Assembly: GCA_947461325.1 (NCBI GenBank)
Contig: CANHLD010000001.1
Span: forward strand, 1,591 to 65,590
Direction of reading: 5' to 3'
Origin: Comamonadaceae bacterium
GTDB lineage: Bacteria; Pseudomonadota; Gammaproteobacteria; Burkholderiales; Burkholderiaceae_C
Length of the DNA: 64,000 bases
This document shows, one piece after another, positions 12,800-24,165 of this stretch. Each line of letters starts with the position of its first letter. The stretch's first letter is position 1. Both the position numbers and the translations under genes were made by a program. A model generated the notes under the pieces. The model worked only from the letters and a program-made list of their open reading frames with translations, was not told the DNA's origin and searched no databases.

Positions 12800-13777
12800 T
12801 TAGGAGTTGTTATTTTTTTCTAAAAACTTAATTCTTTCGCGCAAAGAAAAAAGCTGCCTCAAAGTAGCTGCATTTTTCTGCCAATTTGAATTGTTATCTA
12901 TCGGAAAAATGCCGCTGTATGTGCCAGGTTTGAGAATAGAGTGACTGACAAGGGAGAACGCCGAAATGTGAACGTTATCGGCCAATTCCAAGTGTCCCAA
13001 AATGGCTGCGCCACCGCCAATTGTGCAATACGCCCCAATCTTGGCACTCCCGGCAACGCCAGCACAACCAGCCATGGCAGTGTGTTTGCCAATATGAACA
13101 TTGTGTCCAATCTGAATCAGGTTATCTAGCTTAACGCCTTCCTCAATCACAGTATCTTCCATCGCGCCACGATCGATACAGGTGTTGGCACCGATTTCGA
13201 CATGGTCTCCAATAACAACAGCTCCTAATTGCTCAACCTTGATCCATTTTTGATTTTCTGAGGCGAAACCAAAACCATCTGCTCCAATCACTACACCCGG
13301 ATGGAGAATACAGTGGTTACCAATGACGCACCCTCTAGAAATGGTTACGCTTGATTTCAATAGGGTACCTGCGCCTATACGCACACCGGCTTCCACAACA
13401 CATAAGGGGCCAATGATTGCTGTGGGATCAATTTCAGCACTAGGATCCACCACTGCTGTAGGATGAATTTGGGTTTGAGTTTTGGCTTTAGTTTGTTCGA
13501 CCCAAAGCTGCGTGACTTTTGCCCAATAGACATAGGGGTTGTCACACAAAATATAAGCGCCACGTAGCTTGGCAAGTTCTTCGTGAGGCTTCCCAATCAC
13601 CACGCAACTGGCACGACTGGATTGAAGCTGAGATATGTAGCGTGGATGACTTAAAAAACTGAGTTCACCGACAACCGCTTTAGATAACGGAGCCAAGCCA
13701 GTTATCTCAAGATCTGGTGAACCATGCAATAGTCCACCTAAGCTTTCGGTAAAAAAACTTAGCTTCTTCGATATCAC
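12800..13777 (-). CDS. lpxD: UDP-3-O-acyl-glucosamine N-acyltransferase
   Basis: Hexapeptide repeats, [23 protein letters not shown]. Confidence 0.97.
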   Translation of the reverse strand: MISKKLSFFTESLGGLLHGSPDLEITGLAPLSKAVVGELSFLSHPRYISQLQSSRASCVVIGKPHEELAKLRGAYILCDNPYVYWAKVTQLWVEQTKAKTQTQIHPTAVVDPSAEIDPTAIIGPLCVVEAGVRIGAGTLLKSSVTISRGCVIGNHCILHPGVVIGADGFGFASENQKWIKVEQLGAVVIGDHVEIGANTCIDRGAMEDTVIEEGVKLDNLIQIGHNVHIGKHTAMAGCAGVAGSAKIGAYCTIGGGAAILGHLELADNVHISAFSLVSHSILKPGTYSGIFPIDNNSNWQKNAATLRQLFSLRERIKFLEKNNNS

Positions 13778-13781
13778 GCCA

Positions 13782-14288
13782 TCATTTACCGCTGTTAATG
13801 ACTTTGAGCACCTTATCTGTAATATCGTGCTTTGGATTGATATAAACCGCTTCTTGCAGTATCAAATCATATTTTTCAGACTCAGCAACCTGTTTGACCA
13901 CTTTGTTTGCTTTTTCCAAGACTTGCTGCAATTCTTCATTTTTGCGAGCATTGAGATCTTCTTGAAACTCACGCCGTTTACGCTGAAATTCGCGATCTTG
14001 ATCGGCCAATTGTCTCTGACGAGCAGACCGTTGAGTGTCTGAAAGAGTGGGCGAATCTCTTTCCAGTTTTTCAGAATTAGATTTCAGCGAATTACCGATT
14101 TCAACCAATTCTTTTTCTCGCTTAGAAAACTCTTGTTCGAGTTTGGTTTGAGCCACTTTCGCAGTATTTGCTTCTCTGAAAATCCTATCAGTATTGACAA
14201 AACCGACACGAAAATCTTCAGCATATGAATTTAAAGAAGCCATGCCAAGAAGACAAATCCCCAGCGTACGAGTTGAAAGAAATTTCAT
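13782..14288 (-). CDS. skp: periplasmic chaperone Skp/OmpH
   Basis: Signal peptide, GFVN, coiled coil, YDLIL, DITDKV; between bamA and lpxD. Confidence 0.93.
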   Translation of the reverse strand: MKFLSTRTLGICLLGMASLNSYAEDFRVGFVNTDRIFREANTAKVAQTKLEQEFSKREKELVEIGNSLKSNSEKLERDSPTLSDTQRSARQRQLADQDREFQRKRREFQEDLNARKNEELQQVLEKANKVVKQVAESEKYDLILQEAVYINPKHDITDKVLKVINSGK

Positions 14289-16588
14289 CAGAAGGCCGTC
14301 CCAATTTGGAATTGAAAGGTTTGCATTCTATCGTTATCGAACTGCCTGATTGGCTTGGCAAAAGCAAATCTGAGCGGCCCTACGGGCGAAATCCAGCTCA
14401 AACCCACACCCACAGAACTTCTCAATTGACTTAAATCTATAGACTCTTCATAACTGTAAACGTTTCCAACATCTATAAAAGTAAACAAACGCAAGGTTTT
14501 ATCAGTACCTACGCCGGGAAAAGGCATTAAAAATTCTGTATTTAAGAGTATTTTCTTCGCACCGCCTGTGGAATAGTCACTGTACTTGGAGTACATGTTA
14601 TCCGTCTGTAAAGAATTCTGTTGATAGCCCCGGACAGAGCCTAAACCGCCTGAATAAAAATTCTTAAATACTGGGAATGAATAACCGTTAAAGCCGGCCC
14701 CGAGACCAAGTTCGGCATTGACAGCCAGTGTGTATTTGCGAGTTAACGGCCAATATTGTTGATATTGTCCTGAATTTTTGTAATAACGAGTATTCCCCAA
14801 GGCGCCAACTTCCGAGTTAAGCCTGAACAATTTACCTTTGTTAGGTGCAAGTGTGCTGTCTCTGCTATCCCTTGCCCAGCCAATTGTCACTGGCACTGAA
14901 ATGATATTGCTACCAACATAGCTGGAGTAGGTCTCAGGTAATCCTGTACCAGAAGACACAGAAGTTTGGTCATAAGCGACCCCAACAAATACAGTGTCTA
15001 TTTCAGCAACCGGTACGCCAAAATTAACCCCAAGCCCCTTGGAGTAAATGTTGTAGTAAGTGCTCGAAGCTGAATAAGGCCTTAAATTTCTGTCATAAAA
15101 ATTAAGTGTTCGCGAAACGCCGTCCTCTGTGAAGTAGGGATCAGTTGTACTGATCTGATAGAGCTTGTTGTATTTGCTGGTGTTGATTTGTATGCCCAGT
15201 GAATTACCAGTGCCAAAGAAATTGTCTTGGCTGATACCAAAGGATAAGAAAAATTTCTCTGAAGAAGAAAAGCCCGCGCCTAATTGCAATGCACCTGTTG
15301 GTTTTTCAATAACCTTTAGATTGATATCAACTTGATCAGGCGATCCAGGAACCTCTTGCGTGTCAATAGTAACCTCGGTGAAGTATCCCAATCTGTCAAT
15401 TCGATCACGTGATAATTTAATTTTGTCGCCGTCATACCAAGAAGACTCCATTTGACGAAATTCACGACGAATAATATCGTCCTTAGTCTTATCATTTCCT
15501 GAAATATTAATTCGACGAACGTAAGCTCGCCTAGAAGGCTCAGCTTGCAGGAAAATTTTGACCTGATTGGTTTTTCTGTCGATCTCAGTGCGCGGTTCAA
15601 TTTTGGCGAAAGCAAAGCCGAACTTACCAAAATATTCAGAAAATGCTTTGGTAGTTTCAACAATATCCGTAATGTTGTATGACAGGCCTGGTTTGATTGT
15701 TACCAGCGATTTGAACTCGTTGTCTCTTCCCAAATAAAAGCCTTCTAAATCAACCGAACTGACAACAAATCGCGAACCCTCAGTGATATTGATTGTGATG
15801 GTTATGTCTTGCTTATTGGGCGAAATAGCAACTTGCGTAGACTCTACTCTGAACTCTAGATAACCTCTGGAGAGATAAAAAGATCTCAAATTTTCAAGAT
15901 CTGCATTCAATTTAGCTTGTGAATAACGGTCTGATTTTGTATACCAAGACATGTAGTTTGGCTCAGACAAATCCATTTGATCCATGATGGCTGATTGATC
16001 AAATGCTTTGTTGCCAACTATTTTAAATTCCTTAATTTTAGATATATCACCTTCGATCACAGTAAAGTTCAGGTTAACCTTATTTCGATCTGAAGGTGCA
16101 ACGGTAGTAATGATTTCGGCAGCATATAAGCTTCTGTTGATATATTGACGCTTTAATTCTTGCTCGGCTCTGTCAGTCAAGGCCTTGTCATAAGGTCTTC
16201 CTTCAGACAGTCCAATATCTTTGAGTGCTTTTTTTAAAGTGTCTTTTTCAAACTCCTTAATGCCGACAAAATTAACAGCAGAAATCAAAGGGCGCTCTTC
16301 AACAACCACAATGACGACATTCCCCTTTAGTTCAATTCTGACATCCTTAAAAAGACCTAAAGCAAAAAGATTTCGAATGGCAAGCGTTCCCTTGTCATCG
16401 GTGTAGTTGTCCCCCACTTTGAATGGCAAGGTAGCCAGAATGTTTCCAGGTTCCACACGCTGTAAACCTTCCATTCTGATGTCTTGAACCTGAAATGGCT
16501 CAACAGCTCCAGCTGCTTGCATTAAACAAAAACAAATCAATAATGTTCTAGGAATAGTCAGCAAAATGGAAAAAGAAAAGAATTTCAT
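14288..16588 (-). CDS. bamA: outer membrane protein assembly factor BamA
   Basis: POTRA repeats, SVRGY motif, SPVGPLRF, C-terminal FQFQIGTAF. Confidence 0.97.
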   Translation of the reverse strand: MKFFSFSILLTIPRTLLICFCLMQAAGAVEPFQVQDIRMEGLQRVEPGNILATLPFKVGDNYTDDKGTLAIRNLFALGLFKDVRIELKGNVVIVVVEERPLISAVNFVGIKEFEKDTLKKALKDIGLSEGRPYDKALTDRAEQELKRQYINRSLYAAEIITTVAPSDRNKVNLNFTVIEGDISKIKEFKIVGNKAFDQSAIMDQMDLSEPNYMSWYTKSDRYSQAKLNADLENLRSFYLSRGYLEFRVESTQVAISPNKQDITITINITEGSRFVVSSVDLEGFYLGRDNEFKSLVTIKPGLSYNITDIVETTKAFSEYFGKFGFAFAKIEPRTEIDRKTNQVKIFLQAEPSRRAYVRRINISGNDKTKDDIIRREFRQMESSWYDGDKIKLSRDRIDRLGYFTEVTIDTQEVPGSPDQVDINLKVIEKPTGALQLGAGFSSSEKFFLSFGISQDNFFGTGNSLGIQINTSKYNKLYQISTTDPYFTEDGVSRTLNFYDRNLRPYSASSTYYNIYSKGLGVNFGVPVAEIDTVFVGVAYDQTSVSSGTGLPETYSSYVGSNIISVPVTIGWARDSRDSTLAPNKGKLFRLNSEVGALGNTRYYKNSGQYQQYWPLTRKYTLAVNAELGLGAGFNGYSFPVFKNFYSGGLGSVRGYQQNSLQTDNMYSKYSDYSTGGAKKILLNTEFLMPFPGVGTDKTLRLFTFIDVGNVYSYEESIDLSQLRSSVGVGLSWISPVGPLRFAFAKPIRQFDNDRMQTFQFQIGTAF

Positions 16589-16635
16589 ATGTAAATTACT
16601 GTTTTATCTGTTTAACCAGAATTGAAAAAATCATT

Positions 16636-16782
16636 TCAAGTTTGAAGACCCAAACCAATGAAAGACGGTGAGCTGACAGTCCAATTTATCTTCAAAATGC
16701 CAACGTTAAATTGACTCGTTACCTGATAATACATCAGGCAAACCCGAAAACGAGCCACGTAAGCTTTGTAAAACTTTTTCAA
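16636..16782 (-). pseudogene. possible decayed rseP N-terminal relic (48-codon ORF)
   Basis: TTG overlaps the dxr stop. Reads MKKFYKAYVARFRVCLMYYQVTSQFNVGILKINW...; weak likeness to the RseP segment after HExGH. Sits where rseP is normally found. Confidence 0.3.
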
Positions 16783-17975
16783 TTGAAATTGGCAAGTTTT
16801 TTAGCATTTTCGAATGCCCGCACCCTGGTTTCAGCATCTATATTTAGTAAATCATCAAGGTTTCGGGGGCTACTTGGCGCAGGTAATGAGAGCACAGCCA
16901 AATTTACTGCATGAATTTGATCAAACCGGATGCGCTCCTTGAGAAAAAGCTCAACAGCCACTTCATTGGCTGCATTCAACACTGCCGTCATACCGTTGGA
17001 GGCTGAGAGTGCGTCCCACGCTAATTTAAGTCCAGGAAAGCGGAGTTGATGCTCATGTGATTCCATAGACTCAAAACTCATTTGAGATGAATGCTGAAAA
17101 TCGATGTGAGCAGCGCCACTTGTGATTCTGTTTGGCCAGGCCAAGCCATAAGAGATGGGCATTCTCATATCAGGAGTTCCTAACTGAGCTACGATGGATC
17201 CATCTACAAATTCAACCATAGAGTGAACAATACTTTGTGGATGAATAATCACCTCAATTTGGGATGGCGTCATACCAAACAAGAATTTAGCCTCAATCAC
17301 TTCGAGGGCTTTGTTCATCATGGTTGCAGAATCCACCGAAATTTTCTTACCCATCACCCAGTTAGGATGCGCGCAGGCCTCTTGCGGCGTGACATTTTTT
17401 AATTCTTGCCATGGTTTCTGTCTGAAAGGTCCGCCTGAAGCAGTCAAGATGATTTTGTTAACCACATGCCTCCAGCTTTGCTGGTTTTCTGGCAAAGCTT
17501 GGAAAATAGCAGAGTGTTCGCTATCGATTGGCAGCAACTTTGCATTCCCCGTCTTCACAGCATCCATAAATAACTCTGCGCCAACTACCAAGGCCTCTTT
17601 GTTTGCCAACAATAACCGTTTCCCTGCCCTTGCAGCAGCCATACAGGATGAAAGTCCTGCCGCGCCCACAATGGCTGCCATGACCGTATCAACACGTTCA
17701 TCACTTGCAACCTGAATCAATGCCTCAGAACCACTCAATACACGAGTTGGAATTTTTTCATTTGATAATTTCTCTTCCAAAAGTCTAGCAGCATCAGCAT
17801 TGACCATGACAGCAAAATCAGGCTTAAATGTTTCACATTGCCGCAACATCAGATCCACTTGTGTAGCACCTGTCAAAGCGAATATTGAAAATTTATCCTG
17901 ATGCCTGGCAATCACGTCAAGTGTGTTGACGCCAATAGAACCGGTAGAACCAAGAACAGTAATTCTATTTTTCAT
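16779..17975 (-). CDS. dxr: 1-deoxy-D-xylulose-5-phosphate reductoisomerase
   Basis: LGSTGSIG, LANKE, PIDSEHSA, TASGGPF, HPNWVMG, MNKALEVIEA. Confidence 0.98.
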   Translation of the reverse strand: MKNRITVLGSTGSIGVNTLDVIARHQDKFSIFALTGATQVDLMLRQCETFKPDFAVMVNADAARLLEEKLSNEKIPTRVLSGSEALIQVASDERVDTVMAAIVGAAGLSSCMAAARAGKRLLLANKEALVVGAELFMDAVKTGNAKLLPIDSEHSAIFQALPENQQSWRHVVNKIILTASGGPFRQKPWQELKNVTPQEACAHPNWVMGKKISVDSATMMNKALEVIEAKFLFGMTPSQIEVIIHPQSIVHSMVEFVDGSIVAQLGTPDMRMPISYGLAWPNRITSGAAHIDFQHSSQMSFESMESHEHQLRFPGLKLAWDALSASNGMTAVLNAANEVAVELFLKERIRFDQIHAVNLAVLSLPAPSSPRNLDDLLNIDAETRVRAFENAKKLANFN

Positions 17976-18814
17976 AGTGCTTGAAAAGATGAGATGAGTA
18001 CAGCCAACGGCAATACAGGAAGTAAAGCATCAAGCCTATCTAGCACACCTCCGTGCCCAGGCAGCAATTGACTGCTATCCTTCTTTCCTGCAGAGCGTTT
18101 GATTAAAGATTCAAATAAATCTCCCATCGCACTCATCACAGTCAAGAATGTCAGACCCGCCAGCATCACTAGCCATCCATGAACTGACAATCGATTGAAA
18201 ATACTGTCTTTCATTTGAGGAAAAAAGTCAGCCATAGCCATCCACACAAAAGCCAATAGCCAAACAGCGAAAATTCCTCCTAATAAGCCCTCAAGGCTTT
18301 TTCCAGGACTGATATGAGGAGCTAATTTATTTTTACCCCAACGTCTTCCAGAAAAAAAAGCTGCTATGTCTGCTATCCATACAAGCAGAAGTATTGACGC
18401 AAGAAAAGAAGTTCCAATTAATTTGGCTTGATAGAAGGCCAAACCTGTACCCGTAAGCAACACAACACCCACACAGTTTCTGATAAAAAAGTGGATTTTT
18501 GTCCAGCTATGGATTCCGTTTCTAAAGAAATAAGCTGTAATGAACATCCAAAAAACTGAGAGGGAAAACCAAAACCATATCGATTGCCTACCTGCAAATT
18601 CAAATGTCCATAAGGACAAACCAATTGCTAAACAGCAAATACTTAAAGTAAATGATTGAAGAAAACCAAGCGCGTTAAGTCTGCCCCACTCCCAGGCGGC
18701 TGCAATTATCAATAACAAGCCAATACACCCCAACCATTCAGGTTGAGAAGAAAACAAGGCAGGCAAAAAAACCAGTAAGAGCAGGACTGCTGTGATGATG
18801 CGTTGCTTGAGCAT
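17972..18814 (-). CDS. cdsA: phosphatidate cytidylyltransferase
   Basis: Multi-TM; ISPGKSLEG, GDLFESLIKR, KDSSQLLPGHGGVLDRLD. Confidence 0.96.
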   Translation of the reverse strand: MLKQRIITAVLLLLVFLPALFSSQPEWLGCIGLLLIIAAAWEWGRLNALGFLQSFTLSICCLAIGLSLWTFEFAGRQSIWFWFSLSVFWMFITAYFFRNGIHSWTKIHFFIRNCVGVVLLTGTGLAFYQAKLIGTSFLASILLLVWIADIAAFFSGRRWGKNKLAPHISPGKSLEGLLGGIFAVWLLAFVWMAMADFFPQMKDSIFNRLSVHGWLVMLAGLTFLTVMSAMGDLFESLIKRSAGKKDSSQLLPGHGGVLDRLDALLPVLPLAVLISSFQAL

Positions 18815-18825
18815 AGGATTTGCGA

Positions 18826-19389
18826 TTAAACAGCCATGATCTCTTGCTCTTTTGCCGCAATCAATTTATCAATATCTGCAATGTGTTTATCCGTGACTTT
18901 TTGAATGTCGGCTTCAGCGCGTTTTTGCTCGTCTTCAGAAGCGAGTTTTTCTTTGACCATTTTTTTCACTGATTCATTTGCGTCACGCCGTAGATTTCGT
19001 ATCGCTACCTTGGCATTCTCACCCTCAGTTCTCACAATCTTAGTCATCTCTTTTCGACGCTCCTCAGTCATAGGAGGCATTGGAACTCGAATCAAATCGC
19101 CCATGGATGAAGGGTTTAAACCCAAATCACTTTCGCGAATTGCTTTTTCAATTTTGGCTCCCAGCCCTTTCTCCCAAGGCTGAATACTGATTGTTCGAGC
19201 ATCCAATAAAGAGACGTTTGCAACCTGACTCAAAGGCGTTGGATTTCCGTAATATTCAACCATGATGGAATCTAACAACCCCGGATTGGCTCGACCGGTT
19301 CTGATTTTGCTCAAGCTGTTAGTAAACGCCGCGACAGACTGATCCATCTTCAGTTCACTGTTTGATTTAGTTTCATTGATGCTGGACAT
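18826..19389 (-). CDS. frr: ribosome recycling factor
   Basis: [28 protein letters not shown]; SD GGAGG before MSSINE. Confidence 0.97.
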   Translation of the reverse strand: MSSINETKSNSELKMDQSVAAFTNSLSKIRTGRANPGLLDSIMVEYYGNPTPLSQVANVSLLDARTISIQPWEKGLGAKIEKAIRESDLGLNPSSMGDLIRVPMPPMTEERRKEMTKIVRTEGENAKVAIRNLRRDANESVKKMVKEKLASEDEQKRAEADIQKVTDKHIADIDKLIAAKEQEIMAV

Positions 19390-19415
19390 TTTTCCTCCCT
19401 CGAATTCACTCACAA

Positions 19416-20144
19416 CTATGATGCAAAAACCAAAGTTCCTTCATCTTCACCCATAACGACCCGCTTTAAAGCGCCAGATTTAAATATGGAAAAAACAGTA
19501 ATTGGCAGTTTTTGATCCCGACACAAAGCAAACGCTGTCGCGTCCATGATTCCCAAGTTTCCTTGAATAGCTTCATCAAAACTGATTTTGCTGTACTTGG
19601 TAGCAAGTGGATCTTTTTTAGGGTCTGCGGAATATACACCTTCAACTTTGGTTGCTTTCAACACCATAGAGGCGCCAATTTCCGCCCCTCTGAGTGCAGC
19701 TGCTGTGTCAGTCGTAAAAAATGGGTTGCCCGTACCTGCGGCAAAGATAACTACCTTACCCTCTTCAAGATACTGTAGGGCCTTTGGACGAACATAAGGC
19801 TCCACCACTTGCTCAATCCCAATCGCAGACATCACGCGAGCCACCAGACCAGCTTTGTTCATCGTGTCCGCAAGAGCAAGCGCATTCATTACAGTTGCAA
19901 GCATGCCCATGTAATCTGCCGTTGCTCTGTCCATTCCTACTGAACCACCGGCCACACCGCGAAAAATATTTCCACCACCTATGACTACAGCAACTTCAAC
20001 GCCAAGATGTGTAATTTCTGCAATTTCTTCAACCATTCGCACAATGGTGTCACGATTGATACCAAATGCATCATCACCCATTAATGCTTCACCAGACAGT
20101 TTGAGCAAAATCCTTTTATAAGCTGGTCGAGGCGATGTTGTCAT
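19416..20144 (-). CDS. pyrH: uridylate kinase
   Basis: [27 protein letters not shown]. Start trimmed to MTTSPRP after a GGAG SD. Confidence 0.96.
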   Translation of the reverse strand: MTTSPRPAYKRILLKLSGEALMGDDAFGINRDTIVRMVEEIAEITHLGVEVAVVIGGGNIFRGVAGGSVGMDRATADYMGMLATVMNALALADTMNKAGLVARVMSAIGIEQVVEPYVRPKALQYLEEGKVVIFAAGTGNPFFTTDTAAALRGAEIGASMVLKATKVEGVYSADPKKDPLATKYSKISFDEAIQGNLGIMDATAFALCRDQKLPITVFSIFKSGALKRVVMGEDEGTLVFAS

Positions 20145-20175
20145 TCCATTCTCCATGTATTTAAGTTTGAGACTT

Positions 20176-20204
20176 AAAAAAAAGGGGACTAACGAGTCCC
20201 CTTT
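20176..20204 (-). terminator. intrinsic terminator after tsf
   Basis: AAAGGGGACT-N4-AGTCCCCTTT hairpin followed by a U-tract on the minus strand. Confidence 0.85.
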
Positions 20205-20211
20205 AAAAAGA

Positions 20212-21105
20212 TCATGCGGTTTGTTTTGCCGCTGCAACCTGCGCAGCAACCTCAGCAGCAAAATCATCGACCTTGCGCTCGATACCTTCACCCACGACAT
20301 AGATGGTGAAAGATTTAACTGAAGTTTTTGCGGCCGAGAGCATTTGCTCAACCGTTTGTTTGTCATTCTTTACGAACGGTTGATTAAATAAAGACACTTC
20401 TTTCAAATATTTTTGAACAGATCCTTCAATCATTTTTGAAGCAATGTCGGCAGGTTTGCCAGACTCAGCTGCCTTGGCTGTTGCAACAGACCGCTCGCGC
20501 TCAATCAATTCTGCAGGAACATCTGCACTTGTCAATGAAACCGGTTTCATTGCAGCAATATGCATGGCTACATCGCGAGCCGCAGATTCTTCACCGGCAA
20601 ACTCAACCACAACACCAATACGTGTGCCATGTAAGTATGAAGTGATTTGATTGCCACCATCAAAATAGTGAAAACGTCGGAAACTCATGTTTTCACCGAT
20701 CTTACCGATCAAGCCCTTGCGCACGTCTTCCAAAGTGGGGCCGAAACCATCCTGAGAATAGGCTAATTCTGAAAGCTTGTTGATATCTGAAGGATTGTGG
20801 CCTGCAATTAATGCTGCTGCACCATTGGACAAAGCCAAAAAACTGTCATTCTTCGTCACAAAATCAGTTTCGCAGTTGACCTCAAGAATTGCAGCAGCTT
20901 TTCCGTGGGTAGCTATGGTAATGACGCCTTCTGCCGTTACCCGTGCTGAGGCTTTACTGGCTTTACTTCCCAACTTGACGCGAAGCAATTCTTCAGCTTT
21001 GACCATATCCCCTTCGGCTTCAGTCAGGGCTTTTTTGCACTCCATCATCGGCGCATCTGTCTTTGCGCGTAATTCAGCAACCATACCTGCTGTGATATTA
21101 GCCAT
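20212..21105 (-). CDS. tsf: elongation factor Ts
   Basis: [28 protein letters not shown]. Confidence 0.98.
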   Translation of the reverse strand: MANITAGMVAELRAKTDAPMMECKKALTEAEGDMVKAEELLRVKLGSKASKASARVTAEGVITIATHGKAAAILEVNCETDFVTKNDSFLALSNGAAALIAGHNPSDINKLSELAYSQDGFGPTLEDVRKGLIGKIGENMSFRRFHYFDGGNQITSYLHGTRIGVVVEFAGEESAARDVAMHIAAMKPVSLTSADVPAELIERERSVATAKAAESGKPADIASKMIEGSVQKYLKEVSLFNQPFVKNDKQTVEQMLSAAKTSVKSFTIYVVGEGIERKVDDFAAEVAAQVAAAKQTA

Positions 21106-21155
21106 GAAATCTCCTGTTAATTCCTAAATTTTCAAAAAAAAGCTTGATAAGCTAC

Positions 21156-21180
21156 AAAAAAGGGGCATTCAAGCCCCTTT
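21156..21180 (-). terminator. intrinsic terminator/attenuator between rpsB and tsf
   Basis: AAAGGGGC-N6-GCCCCTTT hairpin with a U-run on the minus strand. Confidence 0.75.
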
Positions 21181-21196
21181 GAAAAGTTGAGCTAGC

Positions 21197-21949
21197 TTAT
21201 GCTTTCTCGTTAGCATCAACTTCAACAAACTCCTCATCACCTTCGGAAACTGCTTTGACAATATCGTTAACTGCATTTGCACGACCTTCGAGAATGGCGT
21301 CTGCAATGCCTCTGGCATATAAAGTCACAGCTTTGGAAGAATCATCGTTTCCGGGGATAACGTAATCAATACCTTCAGGTGAATGATTTGAGTCAACCAC
21401 CCCAATCAATGGAATGCCAAGTTTTTTAGCTTCTGCAATGGCGATTTTGTGGAAGCCAACATCGATTACAAAAATAGCATCGGGCAATGTGACCATATCT
21501 TGTATGCCACCAATGTCTTTTTCTAACTTCTCAATTTCACGCATGAACATGAGTTGCTCTTTTTTAGACATTGATTCCAATCCAATTTCTTGCTGGACTT
21601 TCATGTCTTTCAATCGTTTGATAGAAGTTTTGACAGTTTTGAAATTAGTCAACATTCCACCTAACCAACGTTGGTCCACATAGGGGACGCCGGCTCTGGC
21701 GGCTTCAGAAGCAATAATTTCTCGGGCTTGTCTCTTCGTACCAACCATCAAAATATTTCCACGGTTAGCAGATAACTGCTTAGCGAACTTCATCGCATCT
21801 TGGAATAGAGGCAATGTTTTTTCAAGATTAATGATGTGAATCTTGTTGCGATGCCCAAATATAAAAGGGGCCATCTTGGGATTCCAAAAACGTGTTTGGT
21901 GACCGAAGTGAACTCCAGCTTCCAGCATTTCACGCATAGTGACGGACAT
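21197..21949 (-). CDS. rpsB: 30S ribosomal protein S2
   Basis: [33 protein letters not shown]. Confidence 0.98.
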   Translation of the reverse strand: MSVTMREMLEAGVHFGHQTRFWNPKMAPFIFGHRNKIHIINLEKTLPLFQDAMKFAKQLSANRGNILMVGTKRQAREIIASEAARAGVPYVDQRWLGGMLTNFKTVKTSIKRLKDMKVQQEIGLESMSKKEQLMFMREIEKLEKDIGGIQDMVTLPDAIFVIDVGFHKIAIAEAKKLGIPLIGVVDSNHSPEGIDYVIPGNDDSSKAVTLYARGIADAILEGRANAVNDIVKAVSEGDEEFVEVDANEKA

Positions 21950-22070
21950 ATATTTCTCCAAAGGTTGAGTCAATAAACCAGATCGCCATCTCCATTACTC
22001 AGATAAAATCTGGCGATGGAAACACCTTTTATGAACTGGCTTGAGATTTACTTTGGTAATTGATTTTCAC
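21950..22070 (-). ncRNA. rpsB 5' leader (S2 autoregulatory / t44-like RNA)
   Basis: Structured leader (CCATCGCCAGAT...GATGGCGATCTGG) directly upstream of rpsB, the position of the known t44/S2 leader. Confidence 0.55.
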
Positions 22071-22152
22071 CAATTTATTACCCAAAGCCAGAAAATTCTA
22101 ACACAATTGAGCAACTTACCCTCTAAAAAAATGGCTACTTTGGTTTGAATTT

Positions 22153-23391
22153 ATGAGAATTGCTGTGATTGGAGCTGGCATTGTTGGCGTGACTACCGCT
22201 CTTGAGCTTGTGTCACACGGACATGAAGTCGTTGTTTTTGAAAAAAACACAGGCATTGCCCAAGAAGCTAGTTTTGCTACATCCGGATTCATTGGGCCAG
22301 GTTTGATTCATTCTTGGACAGTCCCCCAAATGGCAGCAAGGGTCATCCAAAAAATGATGTTTGGCTCGGGTGCCTATTCCTTCCATGGACTGAAAAATAT
22401 ACCCCTTAAATGGCTTTGGCAGTGGTCATCTGCTTGTACACATGCAGACTTCAAATTAAAAATTGAATCTTTACAAAGATTAGCTTTCTACAGCCAAGAA
22501 GTAATGAAAGGAATATCAGAACAGTATGGATTTCAATTTGAGCTTAGCAAGGGAAGCATATTGGTTTGTCGTCAAGAAAAAGAGATGAAACAATTTCAAC
22601 TTCAATTGGATTTAATGACTGCAAATGGAATTGCCTTTAAAAAACTGGATCCAACAGAAACTCGCATATTAGAGCCAGCTTTGTCTGAAGAAATACAATT
22701 TTTCGGCTCAATCCTCTTTCCTAATGATGAAGTTGCCAACTGTAGGCAATTCGCTTTATTGGCGAAACAACAAGCAACCCTCATGGGTGCCGAATTCAGA
22801 ACAGGGCAAGAAGTTTTACCTTTATCACTAGAATCATCTAAGCAAATTCAAATACCCCTTCAACCCAAAGAAGACTTTGACCATATAGTTGTTTGTGCGG
22901 GTATTCATAGCAAATCGTTGCTCAAACATCTACCTGTCAATTTGCCATCCTTGGCAGTGCATGGCTATTCATTAAGTGCTGCAGTGCGTGAACATATAGA
23001 TGCGCCAGTTTATGGAATTGTGGATGCAAAGCACCACATCGCGATAGCAAGAATGGGACAACGTATCAGAGTCAGTGGCATCACAGAAGTTGGAAATAAC
23101 AAAAAACCACCTAATGAATGCGTTCAGCTTCTTTATAAAACCTTGAATGATTGGTTTCCAGGTGCAGCCAAAACCCATGAAGCTGTTCAAGTCTGGCGTG
23201 GTACACGCGACATGCTGACTGACGGCTTACCCATACTAGGCCATTCAGGCGTTCCGGGTATTTGGTTGAACACAGGCCATGGAAACCATGGCTGGGCTAC
23301 TAGTTGCGGAAGCGCCAGAGCTATCGCTGATATGGTTTCAAGCCGTGGCTGTGAAATGGATCTTAAAGGGCTGGGTATAGAGCGTTTTTAG
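22153..23391 (+). CDS. FAD-dependent D-amino acid dehydrogenase-like oxidoreductase (DadA family)
   Basis: [27 protein letters not shown]...GS. Confidence 0.85.
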   Translation: MRIAVIGAGIVGVTTALELVSHGHEVVVFEKNTGIAQEASFATSGFIGPGLIHSWTVPQMAARVIQKMMFGSGAYSFHGLKNIPLKWLWQWSSACTHADFKLKIESLQRLAFYSQEVMKGISEQYGFQFELSKGSILVCRQEKEMKQFQLQLDLMTANGIAFKKLDPTETRILEPALSEEIQFFGSILFPNDEVANCRQFALLAKQQATLMGAEFRTGQEVLPLSLESSKQIQIPLQPKEDFDHIVVCAGIHSKSLLKHLPVNLPSLAVHGYSLSAAVREHIDAPVYGIVDAKHHIAIARMGQRIRVSGITEVGNNKKPPNECVQLLYKTLNDWFPGAAKTHEAVQVWRGTRDMLTDGLPILGHSGVPGIWLNTGHGNHGWATSCGSARAIADMVSSRGCEMDLKGLGIERF

Positions 23392-24140
23392 CCTCTTCCC
23401 ACGAACGGCATATTGGTAGCCATAACTGTATGAAACAGCACATTTGCAGATAATGGCAATTCAGCCATATAAAGAACCGAACTTCCCACGTGAGAGACGT
23501 CCATCAATGGCTCGGGGCGGATGTCTCCGTTTGCTTGAGGCACACCTTTGGCCATCACTGCCGCCATTTCGGTTTCAGCATTTCCGATGTCTATTTGTCC
23601 TACTGCTATTTGAAATTGACGACCGTCCAATGAAGCGGTTTTGGTCAAACCTGTGACTGCATGTTTTGTCGCAGTGTAGGCAATTGAATTGGGTCTTGGA
23701 GCCGTAGCAGAAATAGATCCATTATTGATAATGCGACCGCCCATCGGGTTTTGCTTTTTCATCACCTTGAATGCTTGTTGTAGACAAAAAAACATGCCAT
23801 TCAAATTGATATCCACCACATTACGCCATTGTTCAACGGTGAGTTCGTCTAGTGGAACAGGAGGTGCTCCGACGCCAGCATTGTTGAATAACAAATCTAC
23901 ACGTCCAAATTTATCAATGACAGTATCGAATAGTTTTTTAACCGACTCGGGATTCGCTACGTCAGTCGGGACGATAAGACAATTGTCTTGGTGGGTTGAT
24001 AGCAGCGCAACATCATTCAATGGATGATCTCTGCGACCAGCTAAAACCACTTTCCATCCTGCATTGTTCAATGCAAGCACAGCAGATTTACCAACCCCAG
24101 TTCCGGCTCCGGTAACAATAGCAATTTTTTGTTGACTCAT
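23388..24140 (-). CDS. SDR family oxidoreductase
   Basis: [17 protein letters not shown]; start trimmed to MSQQKIA. Confidence 0.9.
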   Translation of the reverse strand: MSQQKIAIVTGAGTGVGKSAVLALNNAGWKVVLAGRRDHPLNDVALLSTHQDNCLIVPTDVANPESVKKLFDTVIDKFGRVDLLFNNAGVGAPPVPLDELTVEQWRNVVDINLNGMFFCLQQAFKVMKKQNPMGGRIINNGSISATAPRPNSIAYTATKHAVTGLTKTASLDGRQFQIAVGQIDIGNAETEMAAVMAKGVPQANGDIRPEPLMDVSHVGSSVLYMAELPLSANVLFHTVMATNMPFVGRG

Positions 24141-24165
24141 TTGGTTTCTCCAGTGAAATTTCAAT

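Noticed and set aside
20145-20366. Long N-terminal extension of the pyrH ORF
   Set aside because: It runs through the tsf 3' end and its terminator; an SD supports the start at 20144.
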